This document shows, piece after piece, positions 25,993 through 38,495 of a stretch of 64,000 nt of DNA (the first letter of the stretch is position 1; every line of letters starts with the position of its first letter). Source of the DNA: Octopus sinensis. Taxonomy: Eukaryota. The notes under the pieces are model-generated. The model was not told the origin of the DNA and made no database searches. It saw only the letters and a program-made list of their open reading frames with translations. The stretch lies in contig NC_043020.1 of assembly GCF_006345805.1 (NCBI RefSeq), forward strand, positions 17,050,001 through 17,114,000, in the 5' to 3' direction. Made by a program: the position numbers and the translations under genes.

Positions 25993-26217
25993 AAACCCAT
26001 AAAAGATGGAAGGGAAAGTTGACTTTGGTGTAATTTGAACTCTGAATGCAAAGTAGGAAATGCCACTAAGCTCTTATCGTTCATTTGTTTCAGTCATTAG
26101 ACTGTGGCCATGCTGGGGCACCACCTTGAAACATTTTTAGCCAAATGAATCAACCCCAGTACTTATTTTTTTATAAACCTTGAACTTATTCTATCGGTCC
26201 CTTTCTGCCAAACCACC

Positions 26218-26880
26218 ATGGTGGTGGCAGTGGAGTTTCTGATGGTAGTGGTACTGATGGTACTGGTTTTGGTGCTGGTGGTGGTGGTGATGGTGGTGGT
26301 GGTGGTGGTGGTGATGGTGGTGGTGGTGGTGGTGGTGGATGCACTTAAATTTATACTGTACAATACATAAAATAGTATATGTTCAACTTAACTGAAATGC
26401 TTTGTGTATATGTGCATGTGTGTGTAAAACATATCTATTACATATATATATAAACTTGAAATAGGGACCTCATACAGTGTACAGAAAATAAGTGTTTATT
26501 TCATTTCACCAATTAAACTAACTATATCTAACTTAATATAATTACTTAATTAAACTTTAGCTAATGACCTTATAAAGTTACAAACTTTTCAATTTTACTT
26601 AATCCACTTCCAGTGGAAGTTTATCATCACCCACCACCACCACCATCACCCAGCACCACCACCACCACCATCACCACCACCACCACCATCACCACCACCA
26701 CCATCACCACCACCACCATCACCACCACCACCATCAACACCACCAACACCACCATCACCACCACCACCATCACCACCACCACCACCATCACCCAGCACCA
26801 CCACCACCACCATTACATCACCACCATGACTATGACTATGACAATGACTACTACCACCACAACCACCACTGCTACCATCA
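26218..26880. repeat. (GGT)n tract (26218-26340) and complementary (ACC/ATC)n tract (26627-26880)
   Basis: Direct read. Confidence 0.9.
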
Positions 26881-27442
26881 TTGTTGATGTTGATGTCATT
26901 AAACAGATTATCAAGCAGTTTCAGTAGCTACCAATTACTTTCAACAAGACAAATTAAATTTACGAATGCCATGTCATATTCTAAAGCTTCTAAACCACCC
27001 CAACTGAAAACATGCAAATGTCCATGATACATACTTATATTGTTGTGAAACTGCTTTTACAATGAACACTGAACCTGAAATTGACATACTTTCAGATCAC
27101 TTTGCTCTAAACCACTTAAATAATACTGCATTTAATTCTTTTATAGGAAAAAAAATTGGCTGCACATCAACACTTATGTTTGTCTTCTGATTGGATATAA
27201 ATGACAATAATTTGTCCCTTTGTTTCTTAATGTCATAAAGGGTTGGAAAACCTTTGTTGTGTTTATTCGTGGTAGCTTTCTGATGCTTGCCTCTTTTTTT
27301 TAAAAAAAACTCTTATTCAATTTACTCATGTAAGGCTAGAGTTGCAATGCTTTCTCTTCATATTGTCTCCAAATAAATTATTCTCGTTTACACTGGAAGC
27401 TATTATACGTGTTCACGTGTGTATATACATCTATATATATGT

Positions 27443-27593
27443 GTTAGCTTGCTTACCAACCACATGGTTCCGGGTGTCTTCTACTATAGCCTGAGGCTGA
27501 CCAAGGCCATGTGAGTAGATTTGGTAGACAGAAACTGAAAGAAACACATCATATATATATATATATGCATGTGTGTGTGGGTGTATGTATATG

Positions 27594-27630
<37 letters not shown>

Positions 27631-27845
27631 ATATATGTATATGTTTGTGTGTCTGTGATTGTCCCCCTACCATAGCTTGACAACTGATGCTGATGTGTTT
27701 ACATCACCATAACTTGGCAGTTTGGCAAAAGGGACCGATAGAATAAGTACTAGGCTTGTGAAAAATAAGTTCTGGGGTCAATTTGTTTGATTAAAGGTGC
27801 TAGCATAGCAGCAGTCAAATGATTGAAACAAATAAAAGAATAATA
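27443..27845 (+). mobile_element. SINE A with a deletion in the head
   Basis: Family match. Confidence 0.8.
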
Positions 27846-27871
27846 ATAAAAAAAGAGCATATATATATATA

Positions 27872-28264
27872 CTAGCAGTATCGCCCGGCGTTGCTCGGGT
27901 TTGTAAGGGAAATAACTATATAAGCATTTTTAGAGAGTTATAGCCAAAAAATAGCAAAAAAATGCATTAAAAATGGAAAAAAAATGATGGTAAATTTTTT
28001 TTTTAAATCGTTGACTCATCGTAGACATTTTTAGAGAGTTACTTCCCTTATATAATAGTGAAAAAATGCATTAAAATGGAAAAAATTGATGGTAAATTTT
28101 TTTTAAATCGTAGACTCATCGTAGACGTACGCTAATACCCAGAAGGGCTCGATATGAATCACGACTATAAGATACTCGGTTTTGGTTAAACTGCACCGCA
28201 AAATGTGGGAGTAGTTAGGAATCTAAATCATAGGAGACAGACACACAACTTTTATATATAAAGA
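27872..28264 (-). mobile_element. Non-autonomous Helitron (393 bp)
   Basis: Minus strand A^TCTTTATATATAAAAG 5' end; 3' hairpin cccgagcaacgccggg followed by CTAG^T. Confidence 0.85.
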
Positions 28265-28371
28265 TAATCGTAAAAAATCCCAAATTTTATTTAATTTGCT
28301 TTGCGGGAAGGACTGTTTTAATGAAGTTGCATCTTGTCCTTACCTTCGAAACGCAGAGTAGATAAAACAGG

Positions 28372-28460
28372 GACAACTGATGAAAGGAATATTCTTTATG
28401 TTGCATGTCTTGTATCTCTGTTTGTTTGTTTTTTCATTCTTCGAAAAAAGTTCGTTTTCT
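28372..28460 (+). other. Degenerate hammerhead-like motif / Penelope-like fragment
   Basis: CUGAUGA-AAGGAAU...AUUCUUC-GAAA; stems I and III are not reconstructable. Confidence 0.3.
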
Positions 28461-28659
28461 ATGTTTTTTATGTTCTTGTTTCTCATTCTGTCTACGTTTT
28501 TTTGATGTCCTGTGCCCATATATGCATGTATATATACATATATATGTAGGTATGTACATACATTTATGTATGTATGCATATATTTATATACTATTCATAT
28601 TATTATATATACATATATATTTATATGTATGTGTGTATGTGTGTGTGTACATGCATGCT

Positions 28660-28704
<45 letters not shown>

Positions 28705-29110
28705 AAATTATAAATATGTATATACCCATACATATGCATACTGGTATTTATATTTACTTGTGTTTATTTTCTTTGTTATATATCAGTTTAAGTTTGTTTA
28801 CAAAGACAGCAGATACAACAACTTAGAAGTTATCAAAGCATGAAATGAATTCAGATCAGTGAAATGTCAAACATCATTAGCATGTCAAATCTGTTTTATT
28901 CAGGCAGGTTCTGTTGCTGTCATCAATCCACTGAAATAGACAACAACAACAATAACAACAATAATGCCACTGCTGCTGCTGCTGCCACCAACAGTGATAA
29001 TTATAATTAATTCATTCGTTTATTGGCCACAAGGTCTAACAAAAATCAATTGAAACATAATTGAAACACAGGACGAAAGTTACAAAGGTTTTGTCCGTTT
29101 GAAAAAAGTC

Positions 29111-29336
29111 TACTCTTAACTCTTTTACTCTTTTACTTGTTTCAGTCATTTGACTGTGGCCATGCTGGAGCACCGCCTTTAGTTGAGCAAATCGACCCCG
29201 GGACTTATTCTTTGTAAGCCCAGTACTTATTCTATCGGTCTCTTTTGCCGAACTGCTAAGTGACGGGGACGTAAACACACCAGCATCGGTTGTCAAGCAA
29301 TGCTAAGGGGACAAACAGACATACAAACACACACAC

Positions 29337-29369
<33 letters not shown>

Positions 29370-29544
29370 CATACACACATATATACGACAGGCTTCTTTC
29401 AGTTTCCGTCTACCAAATCCACTCACAAGGCATTGGTCAGCCTGGGGCTATAGCAGAAGACACTTGCCCAGGAGGCCACGCAGTGGGACTGAACCCAGAA
29501 CCACGTGGTTGGTTAGCAAGCTACTTACCACACAGCCACTCCTG
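29111..29544 (-). mobile_element. SINE A, full length, low divergence
   Basis: Family match. Confidence 0.92.
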
Positions 29545-29627
29545 TATCTATGTTCAAAAGCAGGATAACAACGAAATATAAGTAACAATAAGGGTAGGTC
29601 CAGTGACAGTGATAATTATAATAATAG

Positions 29628-29940
29628 GCGAGCTGGCAGAAACGTTAGCACACCGGGCGCAATGATGAAAGGCAAAGTCGGCCTCAGTGGAATTTGAACT
29701 CAGAATGCAAAGACAGATGAAACGCAGCAAAGAGCACACCGGGTGCAATGCTTAGCAGTATTTCGTCTGCCGTTACGTTGTGAGTTCAAATTCCGCCGAG
29801 GTCGACTTTGCCTTTCATCCTTTCGGGGTCGATTAAATAAGTACCAGCTACGCACTGGAGTCGATGTAATCGACTTAATACCTATGTCTGTCCTTGTTTG
29901 TCCCCTCTATGTTTAGCCCCTTGTGGGTAATAAAGAAATA
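29628..29940 (+). mobile_element. SINE B1 with 17-bp TSD and a 68-bp inverted templated insert
   Basis: TSD gataattataataatag at 29611-29627 and 29941-29957; insert 29665-29732. Confidence 0.9.
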
Positions 29941-29957
29941 GATAATTATAATAATAG

Positions 29958-30382
29958 TTTCAAATTTTAGTATAGGACCAGTAGTTTTTGAGGGGAGGGG
30001 GAAACCAATTACACCAATCCAAGTGTTTGGCTGGTACTTATTTTATTGACCCCAAAATGATGAAAGGCAAAGTCGGCCTCAGCGGAATTTGAACTCAGAA
30101 TGCAAAGACAGATGAGACACAGCAAAGCATTTTATCCAGCATGCTAACAACTCTGCCAGCCCGCCACCTTAATAAACCTTCCTGCTATAGACACAAGGCC
30201 TGAAATTTGGTGGGGAGGAACTAGCTGATTACATCGACCCCAGTGCATAATAAGTACTTATTTCATTGACCTCAAAAGGATGAATGACAAAGTCGACCGT
30301 CATAACTCAGAACATAATGACAGACAGACTGCCACAAAGCATTTTGCCTGTTGTGCAACCGATTCTACCAGCTTGTCATCTT
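29958..30382 (-). mobile_element. Two tandem SINE B2 copies (29958-30170, 30176-30382)
   Basis: Family match. Confidence 0.82.
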
Positions 30383-30399
30383 AATGATAATAGCCATAA

Positions 30400-30945
30400 C
30401 TCTTTGTAATGATGGCACAAGGCTAGCAGCTTAGTGCATTTGAGTAGCATTTGAAAACAGCTTGTAAAGCGCTGAAGAAATGTAGTTATGCATTTTATAA
30501 GCAACTGATCCTGAATAGGAAGATCTGCAAACAGATCTCTGACTTGTTTTGAAGAATTTGTTGCAATTGCTTCCTCCAGGGTCATATCCCAATGATGATC
30601 ATATTCATCGCAAAAAATCATGTAAAAATATCACTGAAAACAATTGCAGTAATGAAAACATAGGAATCCAAAATTTCAGGATTGCAGGTCCAGATTCAGC
30701 CTGGAATATTTTTAATTTACTCACAGAGTTTGCCTTTAGATTATGAAAATTGTTATCATACAAAGAAAATTTGTTGCAAAAAGTCATGCAAAAAAATCAC
30801 TGTAAACAATCACAGTAATTAAAAGTTGGGAATCCAAAATTTCAGGATTGCAGATCTGGGTAAGTTGGGCTACAGCCCTTAGGAGTAAAGTTGAAAAAGT
30901 GTGACACACTGATACACTGACATTCACATTTATTATATTATATCA
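30400..30945 (-). mobile_element. Helitron RepHel remnant with 5' end and internal ~70-bp duplication
   Basis: DHHWDMTLEEAIATNSSKQVRDLFA matches the DD.HW..TL.EA....P.QLR.LF linker of RepHel. Confidence 0.7.
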
Positions 30946-30957
30946 TTATATTATATT

Positions 30958-31101
30958 AAGGCAGCGAGCTGGCAGAATCATTAGCATGCTGGGCGAAATG
31001 CTTAGCAGTATTTCGTCTGCTGTTAGTTTTGAGTTTGAATTCTGCTGAGACTGACTTTGCCTTTCATCCTTTTGGAGTCAATAAAATTAGTACCAGTTAC
31101 G
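30958..31101 (+). mobile_element. SINE B 5' part
   Basis: Family match. Confidence 0.85.
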
Positions 31102-31257
31102 TAGAGGGGCAAAAAATATAACAAAAATGATAATGTTCAGTATGTTGGTGAGAGGAATTTCTGTCGAAGAGACATGGTTAAACAAAGTTGTACATCATCT
31201 CCCTCTTTCTTTCACATACCCACTCTTTCTCTCTCTTTCAGTATTACTCCCACTACC

Positions 31258-32139
31258 ACCAGCAATCATAGGATGAATTTGATCAGATAAAATGCTTAAA
31301 TAGTCATGACTATTATTTCTGCCATGAAGGGAAACTACTGGGCCAGTGGATTTCCAAGATATAGCACCCCAGGTCATCACAGATCCTCCTCCATGTATAA
31401 CAGTTGGAAGAAAGCAGTCTGGATCAAATGCTTCTTTTGGCTGTCTTCACACGTATACTTGACCAGTGGTCAGAAATAAGGTAAAGGATGACTTGTCCGA
31501 GAAAATAACATTCTTCCACTGTTCTAGGAGCCAATTCTGTAGGTTTTTACTCCACTCTAAATGTTTTGCAACGTTTATTTTTGAAAGTAGTAGTTTTCTG
31601 ATTGCAGTCCTCCCATGGAATCTGGCTTTGTGCAGCTCCTGGCTAACAGTTTTTGTGGAAACTGGGTTCTCGAGGTGGTCATTACGCTCTGCAGTAATTT
31701 TGGGAGCTGTACTTTTGTGATCCTTTCTAACAATTCATGTAAGAGTCCAATGGTCCCTATCTGAAAGTTTTGGTTTTCTTCCGGAGTTTTGTTTCAACAA
31801 GGAGGTTTTTCCCTCTTTCTCAAAGGCTGTCATTACATTCAAGACAGTACTTCTTGATACACCAAACATTTCGACTGTTTTCATTATGCTAGCACCTGCC
31901 ATATGAGCACCAACAATTTGACCTCTTTGAAAGTCTAATAGATCTGTCATTTTAATGAGTCTTAATTAAAATTTTCTGATGATATCTGAAAAGAAACAGC
32001 GATTTTAGCAAAACATATTTAGCAACACTAATAATAAATCAAAAAACAGAAAAATATACAAGCTTTTGACAGTTTTATAAATATTTCAAAATTATGATGG
32101 TATGATGCTAGGTGTTTCCATTATTTTGTCCATCCCCTG
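31258..32139 (-). mobile_element. Tc1 element 5' half (same family as 16772-17896)
   Basis: TA + TIR caggggatggacaaaataatggaaacacc; HTH LDFQRGQIVG...GRKPKLSDRD; WKNVIFSDKSSF; GGGSVMTWG. Confidence 0.92.
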
Positions 32140-32660
32140 TATATATATATAAGCATCCATGTATGTATATGTATGTATGTGTGTGTATGTGTGTGTATAT
32201 AATATATATATATATATATATATAATATATATATATATATATAATATATATATATATATAATATAATATATATATATAATATAATATATATATATATATG
32301 TATGTATGTACGTATGTATGGAGAGAGAGACATAATATCAATGTGACTATGTGACATAAATATTATTTATGTAAATTTTTCTTGGTTTCTTCATTCTAAC
32401 TTATTTCATTTGTCTGCGAAATGGAATGGCAAATGTAGAGCAATTCTATGGGTATGATGGAAGCAGTTAACAACCAGACTTTCCCACTGGAAATTTGGCA
32501 AATTAAAAGAATCTAAAAGAATCTGTGGTGCAGAAATAATTTCCAGTTTTTTTTTTGGGTGGATGTATAAGACACTGGAAAAAAAGATATTGCTAATAAG
32601 TGGAGGTGGGGAAGAATTTTTTTAAAGAGAGAGAAGATTGCTCCTATGTAACAGAATATA

Positions 32661-32728
<68 letters not shown>

Positions 32729-33269
32729 TATATATATAAACTGCTTCAAATTTCTAGCATTTGTTCTGAATATTTATCAATAAAGATGCAAAATGCTCTT
32801 GTATTGCTATGGTGTTGTGCAGAAACAAAATTGTTGCACCAAAGAAATTTTTCATAATGGTTGAGGGTTTCAAATCTGTTATCCTTGTAGCTTCTGTGAT
32901 TCATGAAAATGATTGCAATTTGGGAAAATGATTAAATTCTAAATTTTGAATGCATGATTGATAGATAGAAAGATAGATAGATAGATACATACATACATAC
33001 ATACATACATACATACATACATACATGATGGCTGCCCCCTCGTTATCGAGTATGGCCATTGCACGAAGATTAATCAATGGTGTTATCGTGTAATGCCTGT
33101 ACATACATACATTTATTTCTGGCCTCAGAACACTGGACCTTTTTGAGGAGATGAAAAAAGGCCCAGATACCTGGTGTCTTGTTACACATAAAAACAACCT
33201 TTCCTTCGAAGCAGAGGTGTTAAGGCCATACCCTCTGTTGAAGAGGATTGGTCTGCGAGAGTCCTGTGC

Positions 33270-33530
33270 TAGTGCCATATAAAAAGCACGTATGCTGGTG
33301 CTACATAACAGCGCTTGTGCTGGTGCCACGTAAAAAGCATCCAGCACACTCTGTAAAGTGGTTGGTATTAGGAAGGGCATCCAACCATGGAAACCAAGCC
33401 AAATCAGACAGGAACCTGGTGCATCTCTCCGGCTTACCAGCTCTGGTCAAACTGTCCAACGAATGTCAGCATGGAAAATAAATATTAAAGGATGATGATG
33501 ATGATGATGATAATGATGATGATGGTGGTG
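33270..33530 (+). mobile_element. RTE-type 3' end fragment with (GAT)n tail
   Basis: gtggttggtattaggaagggcatcc...gcatggaaaat...(gat)n, similar to the reverse complement of 2080-2250. Confidence 0.8.
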
Positions 33531-33767
33531 ATGATGACGACAATGATGGTGATGATCTGTTGAGTTTGGAATGTGCTCTTAGAAGCTCCTATGCTTCTAG
33601 CTGTCAGCTACCACCTGTTAATTCCATTTCCCAGGGTAATCCAATAGTATGGTTGTAGACATGGAGCATCTTTCAGCTTAGAAGAAATATGAATACAAAA
33701 AATTGTTAGGTAATAGACGTCTGGCATGCAGACATTATTATTGTTATTATTATTGTTATTATATATA

Positions 33768-34205
33768 AGGTGGCAAACTGGCGAAATCATTAGCATGCCA
33801 GGCAAAATACTTAGTGGTATTTCATCTGTCTTCACATTTTGAGTTTCAATTCTGCCAGGGTCAACTTTACCTGTCATCCTTTCAGGATCAATAAAATAAA
33901 TACCAGTTGAGTACTGAGGCCAATATAATTGATTTACACCCTCCCTGAAATTGCTGGCCTTGTGTTAAAATTTGAAATCATTATTATTATAATATATACG
34001 GCAGTGAGCAGGGAGAATCATTAACACGCAGGGTAAAATGCTTAGTGACATTTCGTTTGTCTTTATGTTCTGAGTTCAACTTCCAGTGGTTCACTTCACT
34101 TTTCATCCTTTCGGAGTCAATAAAATAAGTCCAGCACTGGGGTTGACATAACTGATCATTCTCTCTCCTGAAATTGCTGACCTTGTATCAAAATTTAAAC
34201 TTACT
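33768..34205 (+). mobile_element. Two tandem SINE B2 copies
   Basis: Family match, diverged. Confidence 0.8.
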
Positions 34206-34224
34206 ATTATATATACATATATAT

Positions 34225-34654
34225 GCAATGTTATATGGTAGTGAAACATGGGCTACCACAAAGAGAGAAGAGCACTGGCTGGTAAAGGCTCAAAGAGCCA
34301 TGGAAAGGTCAATGCTTGGTATCTCGTTGAAAGAGCACATCAGTAGCGAGATCATCAGAAAGAAGTCCGGTGTGAGAGATGTCATCGCAGAGTATACACG
34401 TAGTAAGTTTAGATGAGCTGGACACGACGCCCAGCTCACCGATAATCGGTGGACCAGCGTAGTAGTCGAGTGGTATCCGCGTGAGTGGAAACGACCACCC
34501 AGAAGGCCTCCACGATGGTGGAGTTACAATTTCAGGAGGACGATTGGGATCACATGGATGAGAAAGGCACGATCCAGAGAGGAGTGGACAGCGTGCTGTG
34601 ACCAGTGGTGTCAAATGGACGCCCGACGGATTGGTCGGTCAAGGTGATCAAGGT

Positions 34655-34655
<1 letters not shown>
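34225..34655 (+). mobile_element. Second RTE-clade LINE, 3' fragment (different subfamily)
   Basis: YGSETWATTK...AQRAMERSMLGISL...R*AGH...DNRWT..VVEWYPR..KRP.RRPPRW. Confidence 0.88.
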
Positions 34656-34693
<38 letters not shown>

Positions 34694-34774
34694 GCAGGGA
34701 TAAGCATGTTAGACAGATTAATATATAAAGTATATTAAATACACAAAATAAAAAATGTATATATGTTTATATAG

Positions 34775-35163
34775 AGGAGTGGCTGTGTGGTAAATAGCTT
34801 GCTTACCAACCGCATGGTTCCGGGTTCAGTCCCAATGCATGGCACCTTGGGCAAGTGTCTTCTACTATAGCCTCGGGCCGACCAAACCCTTGTGAGTGAA
34901 TTTGGTAGCTGGAAACTATATATGTATATGTATATAAATGTGTGTGTGTGTTTGTGTGTCTGTGTTTGTCCCCACCAACATCGTTTGACAACCGATGCTG
35001 GTGTGTTTATGTCCCCGTAACTTAGCGGTTCAGCAAAAGAGACCGATAGAATAAGCACTAGGCTTACAAAGAATAAGTCCTGGGGTTGATTTGCTCGACT
35101 AAAGCCGGTGCTCCAGCATGGCTGCAGTCAAATGACTGAAACAAGTAAAAGAGTAAAAGAGTA
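34775..35163 (+). mobile_element. SINE A
   Basis: Family match. Confidence 0.9.
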
Positions 35164-35492
35164 TACAAAAATGGTCCAACTTACACAGAATACAACTGAT
35201 ATGGAGAATTAAAAGGGTTGAAGAAAAGTAATACAAATTATTTGTATTTTTTCAACCCTTTTAAATTCTCCATATCAGTTCTATTCAGTGTAAGTTGGAC
35301 CATTTTTGTATGCAAACATATATACATTTTTTTATTTCATGTATTTAATGTACTTTATATAATAATCTGTCTAACTTGCTTATCCCTACATTTACTTAAA
35401 TCCCAAGTTTAAATCCTTGAGCACTACTAAGTGTATTCTTTATGGAGAATATCTGATTCTCACCTATGAACTATTTATATTTCTCTTTTTTT

Positions 35493-35894
35493 TCTCTTTT
35501 TACTTGTTTCAGTCATTTGACTGCGGCCATGCTGGAGTACCACCTTTAATCGAGCACCTCGACCCCGGGACTTATTCTTTTGTAAGCCCAGTACTTATAT
35601 TATCGGTCTCTTTTTGCTGAACCACTAAGTAACGGGGACATAAACACACCAGCATCGGTTGTCAAGGAATGCTAGGGGGACAAACACAGACACACAAACA
35701 CACACACACATATATATATATACATATATACGACGGGCTTCATTCAGTTTCCGTCTACCAAATCCACTCACAAGGCTTTGGTCGGCCCGGGGCTATAGCA
35801 GAAAACAATTGCCCAAGATGCCACGCAGTGGGACTGAACCCGGAACCATGTGGTTGGTTAGCAAGCTAATTACCACACAGCCACTCCTGTGCCT
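35493..35894 (-). mobile_element. SINE A
   Basis: Family match. Confidence 0.9.
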
Positions 35895-35931
35895 ATGTAT
35901 ATATATATATATATACATATATACATGTGTA

Positions 35932-35977
<46 letters not shown>

Positions 35978-36565
35978 TATATATATATAAGCAACAAGTA
36001 TATCTTAGGTAATTTGCTATAATCGTTTCATGCTACTTCATTTTATTAAACATTGTAAGTATTACATCAGTTTTAAAATGTTGAACAATCTTCAGCCATT
36101 TATAGAAGTCTTCCATCAAACGGACAATACATATTCTTATTTCCATTTCATTTGCCATAAGAGGTTAGATATACAGACACAGAGGTTGATTTGATTCTTA
36201 AGAACATGATAGTAGTAAAATTTACTCTCTGACTGTAGATTTTTCACTTAGTTATTTAGATCTGTTAGTAGGGAGGGAGGGATTTTCGCTCATACGCGTT
36301 CGACATGAGCATATTAACACCTTTACTTTTTTTTCTTATTGCTTATTTTTTACAATTTTTTCTGTATTTTGCTTTTTAGCCCTGTTTTTTTCTTATGCAA
36401 GTGCATATATAGATGTGTGTGAACCTTTTTTGTGCACGTGTGTGTGTGTGTGTGTGCGCACAAGCATGTATGCAGGTATGTATATATTTTTATTTCTTTT
36501 TTGGTGAATGTGTGGGTGAGCATGTGTGTGTTTCAAGTGAGGGGGGATGATTATATACATATATA

Positions 36566-36935
36566 AGGCGCAGGAGTGGCTGTGTGGTAAGTAGCTTGCT
36601 AATCAACCACATGGTTCCGGGTTCAGTCCCACTGCGTGGCATCTTGGGCAAGTGTCTTCTGCTATAGCCCCGGACCGACCAAACTGAAAGAAGCCTGTCG
36701 TATATATGTATATATATGTATGTGTGTGTGTGTTTGTGTGTCTGTGTTTGTCCCCTAGCATTGCTTGACAACCGATGCTGGTGTGTTTATGTCCCCGTCA
36801 CTTAGCGGTTCGGCAAAAGAGACCGATAGAATAAGTACTGGGCTTACAAAGAATAAGTCCCGGGGTTGATTTGCTCGATTAAAGGCGGTGCTCCAGCATG
36901 GCTGCAGTCAAAGGACTGAAACAAGTAAAAGAGTA
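36566..36935 (+). mobile_element. SINE A with internal deletion
   Basis: Family match. Confidence 0.9.
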
Positions 36936-37449
36936 TATGCACATGTGTGTGTGGGTGTGCAGGCACGCAAGTGTATGTATATTCACATGCACTTACACAA
37001 TTACTATGAACATTTTTACTCCCTTATCTTTACTCCCCCCCTTACTTAGTGGTCATTCTAATATCTCTTTTGTCTTAATAATGGTCAATTTCCCTTTGTT
37101 TAATGGTTTTTTTCATAGCATTTTTTTCCGATGGCCCAATAACTGAAGAGATCCCAGGTGGGTTTCTGCCCCAACATCCAAAACTCGTAGTTTTATCATG
37201 GCTACCGAATACTTGTCACATATATATTTACAGATATCCCTCACTCTTTTTCGGAGAGGCACAAGCACATATACACACACGGCAGTAACTTCCACCTACT
37301 GAATTCAATCACAAAGTTCCGGTCAGCTCGGGGCTATAGTGGAAGACACCTACCCAAAGTGCCACGCAGTGGGACTGAACCCGAAACCATGTAGCTAGGA
37401 AGCAAGCTCCCTAACCACACAGCCATATATATATATATATATCTAATGT

Positions 37450-37917
37450 AGGATAAAATTTTTTCGAAAACAAATTTTATCAATGGCCAGCATATTAAAA
37501 AATACCTTTAAAGGTTAAATTGTAAACAACTTATAAATAGGGGCAAACGAAAAAAATTCTAATGCCAAATATGCCGAAAATTCGACATAATGTCCATTTA
37601 CCATATAATTTTTTTCCCAGTACGCACGGTACTCGAAAAAGGTTGACAGAAATCTCTAAAAAATTCCATTATTACCATATCGGACCGATTTCAGGGTTAG
37701 TTCAAAAAGAACCCTCCCTTCGTCAGTGATACATGTGGCAAAGGAACTAACCCTGAAATCGGTCCGATATGGTAATAATGGAATTTTTTAGAGATTTCTG
37801 TCGACCTTTTTCGAGTAGTGTGCGTACTGAAAAAAATTATATAGTAAATGGACGATATGTCCAATTTTCGGAATATTTGGCATTAGAATTTTTTTCGTTT
37901 GCCCTTATTTATAAGTT
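37450..37917 (-). mobile_element. Penelope-like fragment with inverted 5' duplication (~175-bp arms, 40-bp spacer)
   Basis: Arms 37528-37703 and 37744-37917; HHR motif spans the spacer. Confidence 0.7.
37678..37731 (-). ncRNA. Minimal type-I hammerhead motif, canonical core, one stem-I mismatch
   Basis: UAUCA-CUGACGA-AGGG...CCCU-GAAA-UCGG-UC-CGAUA. Confidence 0.6.
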
Positions 37918-37932
37918 ATATATATATATATA

Positions 37933-38178
37933 TAACGGTAAGCTTTATGAAAATAGACAAAAGACAAAGGCAGGTTTACGGAAATAAACAAAAGACGAAG
38001 GCAGGTGGAATACAGACAAACAATTGTATTAGTATGGCGCTCAGGAAATATAAATAAAACAAGTCTTTAACGTTTCGAGCCTACGCTCTTCAACAGAAAG
38101 ATACACAGAGAAAAAAAACACAGAAAGAAGGAGAGAAAAAAATATGCGTGCAAAAGCTAGCGAATCAACATGGCGATA
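37933..38178 (-). mobile_element. Penelope-like fragment carrying an HHR-like motif at 38064-38101
   Basis: UCUUU-CUGUUGAA-GAGC-GUAG-GCUC-GAAA-CG-UU-AAAGA. Confidence 0.6.
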
Positions 38179-38189
38179 TATATATATAT

Positions 38190-38345
38190 AATAGAAATAT
38201 TAAAATTACTAAGTCTCTCTAAAAGAGATTACGGCAGCATTACTGGAAATAGCTATCTTAAAGCGATGGCCTCATGGAGCTAATCAGCGACAGCTTTTAG
38301 TCTTATATCTATAAGACTGCCATATTAATATGGCGATAACAATTA
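38190..38345 (-). mobile_element. Short diverged relative of the 360-bp HHR unit, with inversion
   Basis: aatagaaatattaaaattactaagtctctctaaaagaga, then inverted ggcctcatggagctaat...tatggcgataac. Confidence 0.8.
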
Positions 38346-38382
<37 letters not shown>

Positions 38383-38446
38383 CATCATCATCATCGTTTT
38401 AATATATATATATATATATAGATACATATATATATATATATATATA

Positions 38447-38495
<49 letters not shown>

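Noticed and set aside
36288-36312. GCUCAU/AUGAGC hairpin with ACGCGU next to GAAA on the minus strand
   Set aside because: No CUGANGA-like core or stem I
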